A stretch of 64,000 nt of DNA. Origin: Escherichia coli (GTDB lineage Bacteria > Pseudomonadota > Gammaproteobacteria > Enterobacterales > Enterobacteriaceae). Numbering within the stretch: the stretch's first letter is position 1; every line of letters starts with the position of its first letter. Of this stretch, positions 42,772 to 52,671 are shown one piece after another. Under the pieces are notes generated by a model. It had not been told where the DNA came from. It searched no databases and worked only from the letters and a program-made list of their open reading frames with translations. The stretch is from NCBI RefSeq assembly GCF_036507355.1, contig NZ_AP027877.1; one strand, written 5' to 3'. The position numbers were made by a program, and so were the translations under genes.

Positions 42772-43998
42772 ATGAAGCTGACTGCTCGTCAGGTTGAAAC
42801 TGCGAAACCCAAAGAGAAGCCCTACAAACTGGCCGATGGTGGTGGGCTTTACCTGCTGGTTAATCCCAACGGTAAAAGATACTGGCGTCTCAAATACCGT
42901 TCGTTAGGTAAAGAGAAGCTGCTCGCTATTGGCGTTTATCCCGATGTTTCTTTAGCTGAGGCCCGAAGTAAGCGTGAGGATGCTAAAAGAACATTAGCGG
43001 CTGGCAACGATCCCTCTCTTGAACGAAAAATTGAGAAACTTAGTCGTCAACAAGACGCTGAAAACTCGTTTGAGGCTATCACACGGGAGTGGTATCAGCG
43101 TCGCTATGACCGCTGGTCTGTCTCCTACCGCGAAGAAATGCTGAGAACCTTTGAGAAAGATGTATTTCCTTATATCGGTCACAGGCCAATCAAAGATATC
43201 AAGCCGATGGAGTTGCTTGCAGTTCTTTCAAAGATAGAAGCACGAGGGGCAACAGAGAAAGTCCGCAAGGTTCGTCAGCGTTGTGGAGAGGTCTGGAAGT
43301 ATGCCGTTGTGACTGGGAGGGCCGAGTACAATCCAGCACCTGATCTAGCCAGCGCCGTGAGTCCTCATGAGAAAGAGCACTATGCTTTTTTAACCCAGGA
43401 TGAATTGCCTGAGTTTCTTCGGACTCTGAACGCCTATGCCGGTAGTGTGCTTGTTAAGATTGCGATGCAATTGCTCATTTTAACAGGAGTAAGGCCAGGG
43501 GAGTTGAGGCAAGCGGAGTGGCAGGAGTTTGATTTTGAGAAAAAGGTTTGGAATGTACCAGCGGAACGTATGAAAATGCGCCGCCCTCATCTTGTTCCAT
43601 TATCAAGCCAGGCAATTGACCTGCTTAATCAACTTAAACCCATAACGGGAGCAGGAGCGTTATTATTCCCAGGACGTAATAATCCTAAGAAACCGATGAG
43701 CGATATGGCATTGACTGTGTTGGTCAGGCGTATCGGCTATGCCGGGCGCGTTACAGGGCATGGATTCCGCCACACGATGAGTACCATTTTGCATGAGCAG
43801 GGATTCAACTCGGCCTGGATTGAGTTACAGCTGGCTCACGTCGATAAGAACTCAATTCGTGGGACGTATAACCATGCTCAATATTTGGAAGGTCGGCGGG
43901 AGATGATGCAGTGGTATGGAGATTTCATCGGTCAAGCAGGCAAATCCGGATCATCGCTAGCTTATGCAGCTATTAGCTTGACTGCTGAATTAGAGTGA
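42772..43998 (+). CDS. P4-family tyrosine integrase
   Basis: 408 aa. The N-terminus MKLTARQVETAKPKEKPYKLADGGGLYLLVNPNGKRYWRLKYR is typical of the DUF4102 arm-binding domain. Catalytic residues: GVRPGELRQ (R), HGFRHTMST (HxxR), IRGTYNHAQY (Y). Confidence 0.9.
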   Translation: MKLTARQVETAKPKEKPYKLADGGGLYLLVNPNGKRYWRLKYRSLGKEKLLAIGVYPDVSLAEARSKREDAKRTLAAGNDPSLERKIEKLSRQQDAENSFEAITREWYQRRYDRWSVSYREEMLRTFEKDVFPYIGHRPIKDIKPMELLAVLSKIEARGATEKVRKVRQRCGEVWKYAVVTGRAEYNPAPDLASAVSPHEKEHYAFLTQDELPEFLRTLNAYAGSVLVKIAMQLLILTGVRPGELRQAEWQEFDFEKKVWNVPAERMKMRRPHLVPLSSQAIDLLNQLKPITGAGALLFPGRNNPKKPMSDMALTVLVRRIGYAGRVTGHGFRHTMSTILHEQGFNSAWIELQLAHVDKNSIRGTYNHAQYLEGRREMMQWYGDFIGQAGKSGSSLAYAAISLTAELE

Positions 43999-44008
43999 GA
44001 AGGGGCAA

Positions 44009-44039
44009 GTTGAGCCTCTTCGCTGAGAAGAGGCTCAAC
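44009..44039 (+). terminator. Hairpin after the integrase
   Basis: gttgagcctcttc-gctga-gaagaggctcaac, a 13-bp stem. A T7 run lies 10 nt downstream. Confidence 0.5.
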
Positions 44040-44195
44040 GTGAACCTATTTTTTTGGGAGTTAATACTTTTTGCAATTTTTTTTTTCGTGCCGTTGGATG
44101 TAAAGATCTGTGGGGGTTAGGGAAGAAAATCATGCTATGTTAGTCTTTGAGGAGTGAGTCAAAATGTTATAACTTTTTCAAAGAGGCGTTACATC

Positions 44196-45131
44196 GTGAA
44201 AGTCGTTTTTAATGTTAATGGTAAAAAAGTTCCGCTCAAATCTCTGCAATATATAAGTAAAGCAAATCAACTCGAAGTTATGCGGAATTGGTTTTTTGAG
44301 AATTTTGAAGATCCCGCGAACTCTTGCCCGTATGAATCCCGTGAAGGCGGGTATGCTTACATTTATGGGGGCCCATACGAAGCAAGTGAAGAGTTGCAAG
44401 CGATGTTTGAAGGACACGTGAAATTTGATTATATCCAAGAATTAGTCAATGAATTACAAGAACAGTGCTATGAATGGTCTGGTAATTCAAATAATATTAA
44501 TGATTGGTACGATGAAGACTTGTATGATGCTGTTACATCTTCTGAACATCCTTTTTCTAAGTTCGTTGAAAGCATTGATGGAATAAAATTGCTGTCTAAA
44601 GGCGAATTTAAAGATAAACAAAAAGATCATCTGCTTAGCATCCTATATATTAATGTCATTACAGCCCTGGAAACACTTTATGTTGAGTTATTTATTAACT
44701 CTATAGATAAAAACGACTCATATCTTGCTGACTTTATAGAAAAAGGTAAGACGGAATTTAAGGTAAATAAAGGAATATTGGCTTTGCCATTCAAAGGAGA
44801 AACTATTGAAAACATGAGGGCGCAATTAATTAAGGTAATTAAAGAGCATTTGATTAGTGCAAGTTGGCATAGTACAAACAAAGTTGTAGGACGTTATAAA
44901 GCTACATTTGATATAAAAGTACATAAAGAGTGGCCAATAGATGTGATCGAAATAGCAACTCAAAAGCGTAATCATTTAGTCCATCGTGGCGGGAAAGATA
45001 AAGAAGGTAATTCGGTAGTGATTACTGAACAGGATTTAGAAATGTTGCTGGATCACGCACAATCTCTTGGAGAAAAATTGTTTGATAGCCTTGAGGTGGC
45101 ATTACAGAAAAAAGATGAGAATGAATTTTGA
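44196..45131 (+). CDS. Candidate HEPN-domain (Rx4H) protein; the track ORF begins at 44154
   Basis: GTG at 44196 is preceded by aagagg at good spacing. The C-terminal region contains ..ATQKRNHLVHRGGKD.. (R-N-x-x-x-H), the hallmark HEPN RNase motif. The N-terminal domain is unassigned. Confidence 0.4.
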   Translation: MKVVFNVNGKKVPLKSLQYISKANQLEVMRNWFFENFEDPANSCPYESREGGYAYIYGGPYEASEELQAMFEGHVKFDYIQELVNELQEQCYEWSGNSNNINDWYDEDLYDAVTSSEHPFSKFVESIDGIKLLSKGEFKDKQKDHLLSILYINVITALETLYVELFINSIDKNDSYLADFIEKGKTEFKVNKGILALPFKGETIENMRAQLIKVIKEHLISASWHSTNKVVGRYKATFDIKVHKEWPIDVIEIATQKRNHLVHRGGKDKEGNSVVITEQDLEMLLDHAQSLGEKLFDSLEVALQKKDENEF

Positions 45132-45206
45132 GTCTCGGGGTAGGTTGATAGTGCTACCGATAACGAGCAAGCAAATGATACTCGGCAGGCAGTGCCTGCC
45201 GGAGGA

Positions 45207-46910
45207 TTACTTTTTACTTCCAAATTGAATGCCGAGAAGTTTATTCTCTGCTTTATCGCCACGTAGAGTAAGAACAATTTTTGATTTCAGTTCTAACATT
45301 TCGATTTCAGATAAAGTTGTTTCCATAGCATTAAAGTTTTCAGTGTTTAAAGATGCTATATATTGCTTTCCGCTTCGTTTTAATGACTGATTGACAAATG
45401 AGAACCATCTTGCGCGAACACCTGGATCTATATCAGCAAAAAGACGGTTATCATGCCATAGCATATCCATGGCATGGTTTTCACCACATGTAAATACTAA
45501 CCAGTCAAAGCATAATATCCTAGCATCATTGATCCCATCCGAATCATCACCCTCGATTTGGATGCTTAGATCATAACGAATTTTGTTGTCACCAGTATTA
45601 ACATCCAAAACTATTCCTGCTGGTACCCTTGGGTACATTATTTCTGCGAGCTCAGCAAAAATTTTATCGTATTCTGAAAGAGGATTTGTAGAAGCATAGT
45701 TTACCGCTAATCTGTCTTGTTCAACTTTTCGTTCTCTTAGATTTTGAGCTTTCTGTTGAAGGTTAATAGAAAAATTTAAATAATCATGTAACCTTTCTTT
45801 TTCTTCTTTAAATTCAGCTAGTTGTCTAGCTATGACTGCGTATTCATCAAATGCTTTCTTGCCTTGCAGGGATTCCAAATATGAATCACGTAATGCTGAA
45901 ATATCCTTAATGTCAATTTTAAGAGATTCAATTTCTAACAAAAGTTTTACTTTATCATTTTCAAGTCTTTTCTTTCTGTTAAAAGATAATGATTTGTGAA
46001 AATTTTCAACTGACTCAAAATGGGCCAATGTTTCTGGCTTGAAAATCTCTTGTAAGCCATTGTACAGTTCAAGAAGCTCTTCTCTTGAAATGTCAGGGTG
46101 TTCTAATAAAGTTTTTTCTATATTATTTACTTTAAATTCAGCTATATTTTTGTTTTTTTCAACTTCTCGTAATTTTATAGTTAAACTGTTTGTTTCATTC
46201 TCAATAGCTCTGTATTGCTCGTGAACTTGAAATGCATTCAGTTCATCCTGCAGTCTTGGGATCTCTCTTTCTAGCCACTCATAGCGTACTTTAGGTTGAG
46301 AGCCTGCTCTAAACATGTCTTTTAGAATATCATCGTCTTGCCAATTTTTTAGCGATTGACTTACTTTATCCAGCTCTTGCTTATTATTTCTTTTAGATAA
46401 TATTAAATTATGATCTATACCGAGAAGAAATGCGGTACGAAGCAATGCTTCAAAGTCTTGCTCCTTTTTTGTCCTAGTTGGACTGATGCAGTCATCTCTG
46501 GTATATCGCGAAAAACGCTTAAATAAAGATCTGAATGATAAATACGGAATGTTATTCTCAAGATTAAATATTCCTATTTTATCTAATAAATCTTTAAATG
46601 CTTTTAAAGATATTGTTTTGTCATTTAATAATAATTTTTTTCCATTGCCCGTTCTAGATATTAAGTACTCAACTCCATTATGAGAAAAAAGTAAAGAGAA
46701 CCACCAATCTGGAACTGCTGAAGTTAATTTTTTATCAGCATTAGCTCCTAAACAATGTTGAATGAGACCGAGAATAAGTGTCTTACCGACTCCGTTACTA
46801 CTGCCTTCTTTTTCTTTAGAGCTATCACCAATGATCAACGTTAGTCCTGTATCATTGAAATGCACTGGATGAAAAGTTGGCTGATCGCAAGTTAAGCGAA
46901 TTAACTTCAT
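45207..46910 (-). CDS. SMC/ABC-type ATPase with coiled-coil insert (LmuB / ABC-3C ATPase-like, DUF2326-like)
   Basis: 567 aa. Walker A is SSNGVGKT. There is a long K/E-rich coiled-coil middle, and the C-terminal block is ..DDSDGINDARILCFDWL... Its start codon abuts the stop of the upstream small ORF (taaATG). Confidence 0.6.
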   Translation of the reverse strand: MKLIRLTCDQPTFHPVHFNDTGLTLIIGDSSKEKEGSSNGVGKTLILGLIQHCLGANADKKLTSAVPDWWFSLLFSHNGVEYLISRTGNGKKLLLNDKTISLKAFKDLLDKIGIFNLENNIPYLSFRSLFKRFSRYTRDDCISPTRTKKEQDFEALLRTAFLLGIDHNLILSKRNNKQELDKVSQSLKNWQDDDILKDMFRAGSQPKVRYEWLEREIPRLQDELNAFQVHEQYRAIENETNSLTIKLREVEKNKNIAEFKVNNIEKTLLEHPDISREELLELYNGLQEIFKPETLAHFESVENFHKSLSFNRKKRLENDKVKLLLEIESLKIDIKDISALRDSYLESLQGKKAFDEYAVIARQLAEFKEEKERLHDYLNFSINLQQKAQNLRERKVEQDRLAVNYASTNPLSEYDKIFAELAEIMYPRVPAGIVLDVNTGDNKIRYDLSIQIEGDDSDGINDARILCFDWLVFTCGENHAMDMLWHDNRLFADIDPGVRARWFSFVNQSLKRSGKQYIASLNTENFNAMETTLSEIEMLELKSKIVLTLRGDKAENKLLGIQFGSKK

Positions 46911-47216
46911 TTAACTTTCCTTATTTTTTAATTTGTCATAATTGCAACAGATTGGCATTATTCTGTTTTCATTATCTAGCGTTATTTGTTTGATGCAAAA
47001 AAGAATGTCTACGGCAAGTATAAATTGTGTAAAAGAGGGCGTGATTATCGTTGATTTATTTTTCCGCTCTATTTTTGTCCATAGTTCTTCTATGGATACC
47101 GGTCCATCAATTAACGAACGGATGTATCCTGCAATCGCAATTAGGGAGTTACTAAACCTAACATGCTTATGTGGCAGAAGCATTGCTTGGATGTTCATAA
47201 GCATCACATGTCTCAA
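46911..47216 (-). CDS. Small middle-component-like protein (LmuC / ABC-3C MC-like); possibly the 3' part of a frameshifted ~148-codon gene
   Basis: 101-aa ORF with a TTG start, translationally coupled to the ATPase. A 62-aa ORF in another frame (47167..47355) fills the gap back to the upstream gene. Confidence 0.4.
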   Translation of the reverse strand: MRHVMLMNIQAMLLPHKHVRFSNSLIAIAGYIRSLIDGPVSIEELWTKIERKNKSTIITPSFTQFILAVDILFCIKQITLDNENRIMPICCNYDKLKNKES

Positions 47217-47390
47217 AATATTTAGCTAAAATTAACTCTGCAGCAAATCGATAACTCGCGACCGCACTTGTGGGAACTTGCGGGGGAAGGAGTTTATCTA
47301 TCATCCAAGTATATCTTAAATCTGCATAATTGTGGTTATCTTCAGTTATCGCCAATTTACTTTTTGCATAAGTATCTCTAACTTCTTGAG

Positions 47391-48173
47391 CTATAGTTTG
47401 TTCAAGACCACAAGACCATTATCAACAGAATCTAAAAATTCATTTATCAAATATAGTTGATAGCTAAAAGATTCCAGCCTGCTTTTTATTGGTTTTGTAA
47501 TACCATTTATTTTTATTTTATCTTCGAAGTCCGGGGCTGTTTCACTTAAAAAATTCATGGGTGAAGAAGATTTTTGTGCTAAAAAAGTCAATACTTCACC
47601 AACAGCTCGAGTATCTGTAAAGTCTAAATTAACCTCAGGAATGAAACCTACAATATCTTGCTTTTCACCCTCGGATAATGACATAAACTTTTGAAGGAGC
47701 TCCATCCCACCCATTGCACCTGCGTGATTAAGACTTTTACTGATTGCAAGTGTATTTAATGAAAGTCCAACAGGTGCTGGAATACCCTTGAAATAATCAT
47801 TCATTACAAAAGTATATTTTGATACTTTCCCCCATTTGGCGACTAATTTATCAAAGTCGCCAATCGATTTATTAACAGCTTCTAGCTCTTTGGTTTGATT
47901 TGAAGGTTTAGGTCCATAAACTTGGAAGTAATGAGCCTCATGAGCAATCCACCCATCATTCCCGCCATCTCCCCAGTTTCCCCAAGGGGAAACAGCTTGA
48001 AAGCCAGGAGTCGCGTATTGCATAACCTTCGAAAAAAGCGCCTGAAAACTGTCTCCCATACATTCATGTACTTTTAACCGAAAGAACTGTCTGTAGAGGT
48101 AATCTTGCTGTGTCGAACTCATTTTCCTCTCATCCATGATGAACACTTTTGATGATAATATCCTCTCATTCAT
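47391..48173 (-). CDS. Putative effector of the three-gene system, with an N-terminal Mrr-like PD-(D/E)xK motif (LmuA-like); start may be M18
   Basis: 260 aa. The GNWGDGGNDGWI motif resembles the GDGGIDG motif of the Mrr catalytic domain. The C-terminal half is helical. It is the first gene of the operon. Confidence 0.4.
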   Translation of the reverse strand: MNERILSSKVFIMDERKMSSTQQDYLYRQFFRLKVHECMGDSFQALFSKVMQYATPGFQAVSPWGNWGDGGNDGWIAHEAHYFQVYGPKPSNQTKELEAVNKSIGDFDKLVAKWGKVSKYTFVMNDYFKGIPAPVGLSLNTLAISKSLNHAGAMGGMELLQKFMSLSEGEKQDIVGFIPEVNLDFTDTRAVGEVLTFLAQKSSSPMNFLSETAPDFEDKIKINGITKPIKSRLESFSYQLYLINEFLDSVDNGLVVLNKL

Positions 48174-48282
48174 TGTTGTAAACCTATGATTAGCAAAATT
48201 GGAGATGCTTTCACTTTAGAGTTGGTATCTAAAGGTTATAAATTATCAAAACAGGTTGTATAGATATCAAATTGAATACGAT

Positions 48283-48310
48283 TTGACATATATGTTAATC
48301 TGATTAGTAT
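48283..48310 (+). promoter_or_regulatory. Putative ars promoter
   Basis: TTGACA-N16-TAGTAT, located ~25 nt upstream of the arsR ATG. Confidence 0.4.
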
Positions 48311-48332
48311 CAGAGAAAAACAGGAGTCCTTA

Positions 48333-48683
48333 ATGTCGCTTATCCCCCTACAACTCTTCAAAAACCTCTCCGATGAAACCCGTTTGGGCATCGTGTTGCT
48401 GCTTAGAGAGATGGGAGAGCTGTGCGTGTGCGACCTTTGCACTGCGCTAGAACAGTCGCAGCCCAAGATCTCCCGTCATCTGGCAATGCTCCGGGAAAGT
48501 GGTCTATTGCTGGATCGTAAACAGGGCAAGTGGGTTCACTACCGCTTATCCCCGCATATTCCTTCCTGGGCCGCTCAGGTGATTGAGCAGGCCTGGTTAA
48601 GCCAACAGGACGATGTGCAGGCCATCGCCCGTAAGCTGGCATCAGCAAACTGCTCTGGTAGCGGTAAGGCTGTTTGTATCTAA
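48333..48683 (+). CDS. arsR: Arsenical resistance operon repressor
   Basis: 116 aa. Contains ELCVCDLC, the As(III)-binding motif. Near-identical to the remembered R773 ArsR. Confidence 0.95.
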   Translation: MSLIPLQLFKNLSDETRLGIVLLLREMGELCVCDLCTALEQSQPKISRHLAMLRESGLLLDRKQGKWVHYRLSPHIPSWAAQVIEQAWLSQQDDVQAIARKLASANCSGSGKAVCI

Positions 48684-48730
48684 AAAATTTGCCTGAACAT
48701 ATATGATTTTTCGAATGCGAGGTGTTCAGA

Positions 48731-49093
48731 ATGAAAAAGTTAACGGTGTTTGACCCGGCAATGTGCTGCAGTACCGGCGTATGTGGCTCAGATGTCGATC
48801 AGGTTCTGGTTGATTTTTCTGCTGATGTGCAGTGGCTGAAAGGACGTGGCGTACAGGTTGAACGTTACAACCTGGCGCAGCAGCCCATGAGCTTTGTTCA
48901 AAATGAGAAAGCGAAAGCATTCCTCGAAGCATCTGGAGCAGAAGGGCTTCCGTTACTGCTGTTGGACGGTGAAACGGTGATGGCAGGGCGATACCCAAAA
49001 CGCGCTGAGCTGGCTCGCTGGTTCGGTATACCGCTGGAGAAGGTAGGTTTAGCTCCCACCAGCTGCTGTGGTGGTAATACTTCCTGTTGCTGA
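48731..49093 (+). CDS. arsD: Arsenic metallochaperone / trans-acting repressor ArsD
   Basis: 120 aa from MKKLTVFDPAMCCSTGVCG.., ending CCGGNTSCC. Confidence 0.95.
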   Translation: MKKLTVFDPAMCCSTGVCGSDVDQVLVDFSADVQWLKGRGVQVERYNLAQQPMSFVQNEKAKAFLEASGAEGLPLLLLDGETVMAGRYPKRAELARWFGIPLEKVGLAPTSCCGGNTSCC

Positions 49094-49110
49094 GTATGTC
49101 AGGAGGACAT

Positions 49111-50862
49111 ATGAAATTCTTACAGAATATCCCGCCTTACCTGTTTTTTACCGGTAAGGGAGGTGTAGGAAAAACTTCTATTTCCTGCGCGACGGCAATC
49201 CGCCTTGCTGAACAGGGTAAGCGGGTTTTGCTGGTCAGTACCGATCCGGCCTCCAATGTCGGCCAGGTATTCGATCAGGCTATCGGTAACACCATTCGCC
49301 CTGTGGCAGCAGTTCCTGAACTTTCCGCTCTGGAAATCGACCCGCAGGAAGCCGCCAAACAATATCGTTCCAGAATCGTTGCTCCTATCAAAGATCTTTT
49401 GCCTGATGACGTTGTTAACAGTATCAGCGAGCAGCTTTCAGGAGCCTGTACCACTGAGATTGCGGCGTTTGATGAGTTCACCGGCTTATTGACAGACGCT
49501 TCCCTGCTGACCCGCTTCGATCACATCATTTTTGATACAGCGCCGACGGGCCACACGATTCGCCTTCTCCAGCTTCCCGGTGCCTGGAGTAACTTCATTG
49601 AGAGTAACCCGGATGGTGCTTCCTGTCTTGGCCCAATGGCCGGACTGGAAAAGCAGCGTGAGCAGTATGCTCATGCGGTAGAGGCGTTATCCGATCCTGA
49701 ACGTACCCGCCTGGTTCTGGTTGCAAGACTGCAAAAATCCACGCTGCAGGAAGTCGCCCGCACCCATGAAGAACTCGCCGCAATTGGCCTGAAAAACCAG
49801 TACCTGGTGATTAATGGTGTGCTGCCTAAAGCCGAAGCTGAACATGACGCCCTGGCCGCTGCGATATGGCAACGTGAACAGGAGGCACTGGCAAATCTTC
49901 CTGCCGGTTTATCCGGGTTGCCGACAGATACCCTATTACTACAGCCAGTCAATATGGTTGGTGTTTCAGCATTGAAGGGACTGCTGGATACCCGTTCTGA
50001 GGCATTACCGCTCCCGGTAACGAACATCCAGTACACGCCTGAAAACATATCGCTCTCTGGCCTGGTCAATGATATCGCCCGCAGTGAACACGGCCTGATT
50101 ATGCTGATGGGCAAAGGTGGCGTGGGTAAAACCACGATGGCTGCTGCCATCGCCGTAAGGCTGGCGGATATGGGATTTGATGTCCATCTCACCACCTCAG
50201 ATCCCGCTGCACATCTCAGTACCACGCTGAACGGTAGCCTTAATAACCTGCAGGTCAGCAGGATTAATCCACACGAAGAAACCGAACGCTATCGCCAGCA
50301 TGTTCTTGAGACGAAGGGTAAAGATCTGGACGAAGCAGGGAAACGGCTACTGGAAGAGGATTTGCGCTCTCCCTGTACTGAAGAAATTGCCGTGTTTCAG
50401 GCCTTTTCCAGGGTGATTCGTGAAGCGGGTAAACGGTTTGTTGTCATAGATACCGCCCCTACCGGACACACGCTGTTGCTGCTGGATGCGACCGGGGCTT
50501 ACCACCGAGAGATTGCCAAAAAAATGGGGAGTAAAGGTCATTTTACTACCCCAATGATGCAGCTTCAGGATCCGGATAGAACCAAAGTTCTGCTTGTTAC
50601 GCTTCCTGAAACCACACCGGTTCTGGAAGTGGCAAACCTGCAGGCTGACCTTGAAAGAGCGGGGATTCATCCGTGGGGCTGGATTATCAATAACAGCCTT
50701 TCCATTGCGGATACGCGTTCTCCGTTGCTTTGCCAGCGCGCCCGGCAGGAACGGCCTCAGATTGAGGCTGTTAAGAATCAGCATGCTGAGCGTATAGCGC
50801 TTGTTCCGGTGCTGGCGTCAGAGCCCGCCGGTATTAAAAAGCTCAGAGAGTTGATGAGTTAA
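49111..50862 (+). CDS. arsA: Arsenite-stimulated ATPase ArsA
   Basis: 583 aa from [23 protein letters not shown], with SD aggagg. Two P-loops (GKGGVGKT x2) and DTAPTGHT x2. Confidence 0.97.
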   Translation: MKFLQNIPPYLFFTGKGGVGKTSISCATAIRLAEQGKRVLLVSTDPASNVGQVFDQAIGNTIRPVAAVPELSALEIDPQEAAKQYRSRIVAPIKDLLPDDVVNSISEQLSGACTTEIAAFDEFTGLLTDASLLTRFDHIIFDTAPTGHTIRLLQLPGAWSNFIESNPDGASCLGPMAGLEKQREQYAHAVEALSDPERTRLVLVARLQKSTLQEVARTHEELAAIGLKNQYLVINGVLPKAEAEHDALAAAIWQREQEALANLPAGLSGLPTDTLLLQPVNMVGVSALKGLLDTRSEALPLPVTNIQYTPENISLSGLVNDIARSEHGLIMLMGKGGVGKTTMAAAIAVRLADMGFDVHLTTSDPAAHLSTTLNGSLNNLQVSRINPHEETERYRQHVLETKGKDLDEAGKRLLEEDLRSPCTEEIAVFQAFSRVIREAGKRFVVIDTAPTGHTLLLLDATGAYHREIAKKMGSKGHFTTPMMQLQDPDRTKVLLVTLPETTPVLEVANLQADLERAGIHPWGWIINNSLSIADTRSPLLCQRARQERPQIEAVKNQHAERIALVPVLASEPAGIKKLRELMS

Positions 50863-50909
50863 TTTTTTGGCATATACAGGGCGGCAAAGTCGCCCTGTCA
50901 GGAGGTTTT

Positions 50910-52199
50910 ATGTTACTGGCAGGCGCTATTTTTGTCCTGACCATTGTTTTGGTTATCTGGCAACCAAAGGGATTAGGGATCGGCTGGAGTGCAATGCTGG
51001 GCGCGGGACTGGCTCTGATATCAGGCGTTGTGCATGTGGGCGATATTCCGGTGGTGTGGAATATCGTCTGGAACGCGACGGCGACCTTTATTGCCGTAAT
51101 TATTATCAGCCTGCTGCTTGATGAGTCCGGTTTTTTCGAATGGGCAGCGCTGCACGTTTCCCGCTGGGGTAACGGTCGTGGACGTTTGCTCTTTACGTAT
51201 ATCGTTCTGCTCGGTGCGGCGGTGGCGGCACTGTTTGCCAACGATGGTGCGGCACTTATTCTGACGCCGATAGTCATCGCCATGCTGCTGGCATTAGGGT
51301 TCAGCAAAGGCACCACGCTGGCATTCGTCATGGCTGCCGGTTTTATTGCCGATACGGCCAGCCTGCCGCTTATCGTGTCGAACCTGGTGAATATAGTCTC
51401 GGCGGACTTCTTTGGACTGGGCTTCACTGAGTATGCGTCGGTAATGGTGCCGGTGGATATTGCCGCTATTATCGCCACGCTGGTGATGCTGCATCTGTTC
51501 TTCCGCAAAGATATTCCACCGACTTACGACCTGGCTCTCCTGAAAGCACCGGCAAAGGCGATTAAAGATCTGGCAACCTTCAGAACCGGCTGGATAGTTT
51601 TAATTCTTCTGCTGGTTGGGTTCTTTGTCCTCGAGCCGCTCGGTATTCCCGTTAGCGCGATTGCGGCTGTTGGAGCTGTGATCCTGTTTGCTGTAGCTAA
51701 ACGAGGCCATGCCATTAACACCGGCAAAGTGCTGCGCGGTGCGCCATGGCAGATCGTCATCTTCTCATTGGGGATGTACCTGGTGGTCTACGGTCTGCGC
51801 AACGCCGGGCTAACCGAATACCTTTCAGGTGTGCTGAACGTACTGGCGTATAAAGGACTCTGGGCCGCAACGCTGGGTACTGGTTTCCTGACGGCTTTCC
51901 TCTCTTCCATCATGAACAACATGCCTACCGTGCTGGTTGGCGCTCTCTCGATCGATGGAAGCACCGCATCCGGCGTTATTAAAGAGGCGATGATCTACGC
52001 CAACGTGATTGGCTGCGATCTGGGGCCGAAAATTACACCTATTGGTAGCCTGGCAACGCTGCTCTGGCTGCATGTACTTTCACAGAAGAATATGACCATC
52101 ACCTGGGGATACTATTTCCGCACCGGGATCGTCATGACTCTGCCTGTGCTGTTTGTAACGCTGGCCGCGCTGGCGCTACGTCTCTCTTTCACTTTGTAA
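50910..52199 (+). CDS. arsB: Arsenite efflux permease ArsB
   Basis: 429 aa, polytopic, ArsB family. Confidence 0.95.
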   Translation: MLLAGAIFVLTIVLVIWQPKGLGIGWSAMLGAGLALISGVVHVGDIPVVWNIVWNATATFIAVIIISLLLDESGFFEWAALHVSRWGNGRGRLLFTYIVLLGAAVAALFANDGAALILTPIVIAMLLALGFSKGTTLAFVMAAGFIADTASLPLIVSNLVNIVSADFFGLGFTEYASVMVPVDIAAIIATLVMLHLFFRKDIPPTYDLALLKAPAKAIKDLATFRTGWIVLILLLVGFFVLEPLGIPVSAIAAVGAVILFAVAKRGHAINTGKVLRGAPWQIVIFSLGMYLVVYGLRNAGLTEYLSGVLNVLAYKGLWAATLGTGFLTAFLSSIMNNMPTVLVGALSIDGSTASGVIKEAMIYANVIGCDLGPKITPIGSLATLLWLHVLSQKNMTITWGYYFRTGIVMTLPVLFVTLAALALRLSFTL

Positions 52200-52211
52200 T
52201 GAGATACTGAT

Positions 52212-52637
52212 ATGAGCAACATCACCATTTATCACAACCCGGCCTGCGGCACGTCGCGTAATACGCTGGAGATGATCCGCAACAGTGGTACTGAACCGAC
52301 CGTAATTCTTTACCTTGAGACTCCACCGTCTCGCGATGAGCTGGTCAAACTCATTGCAGATATGGGCATTTCAGTCCGGGCTTTGCTGCGCAAAAACGTC
52401 GAGCCTTATGAAGAACTGGGGCTTGCAGAAGATAAGTTTACTGACGATCAGTTAATCGGCTATATGCTGCAGCATCCGATCCTGATTAACCGCCCGATTG
52501 TGGTGACACCGTTGGGAACGCGCCTGTGCCGTCCTTCCGAAGTGGTACTGGATATTCTTCCGGATGCGCAAAAAGGCGCATTTGCAAAGGAAGACGGCGA
52601 GAAAGTCGTTGATGAAACAGGTAAACGATTGAAATAA
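52212..52637 (+). CDS. arsC: Arsenate reductase (glutaredoxin-coupled)
   Basis: 141 aa, MSNITIYHNPACGTSRNTLEMIR... Confidence 0.95.
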   Translation: MSNITIYHNPACGTSRNTLEMIRNSGTEPTVILYLETPPSRDELVKLIADMGISVRALLRKNVEPYEELGLAEDKFTDDQLIGYMLQHPILINRPIVVTPLGTRLCRPSEVVLDILPDAQKGAFAKEDGEKVVDETGKRLK

Positions 52638-52642
52638 ATATA

Positions 52643-52662
52643 AAGGGGGCTGATGCCCCCTT
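52643..52662. terminator. Bidirectional hairpin between arsC and the acetyltransferase gene
   Basis: aagggggc-tgat-gccccctt. Confidence 0.5.
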
Positions 52663-52671
52663 ATTCCTGCC

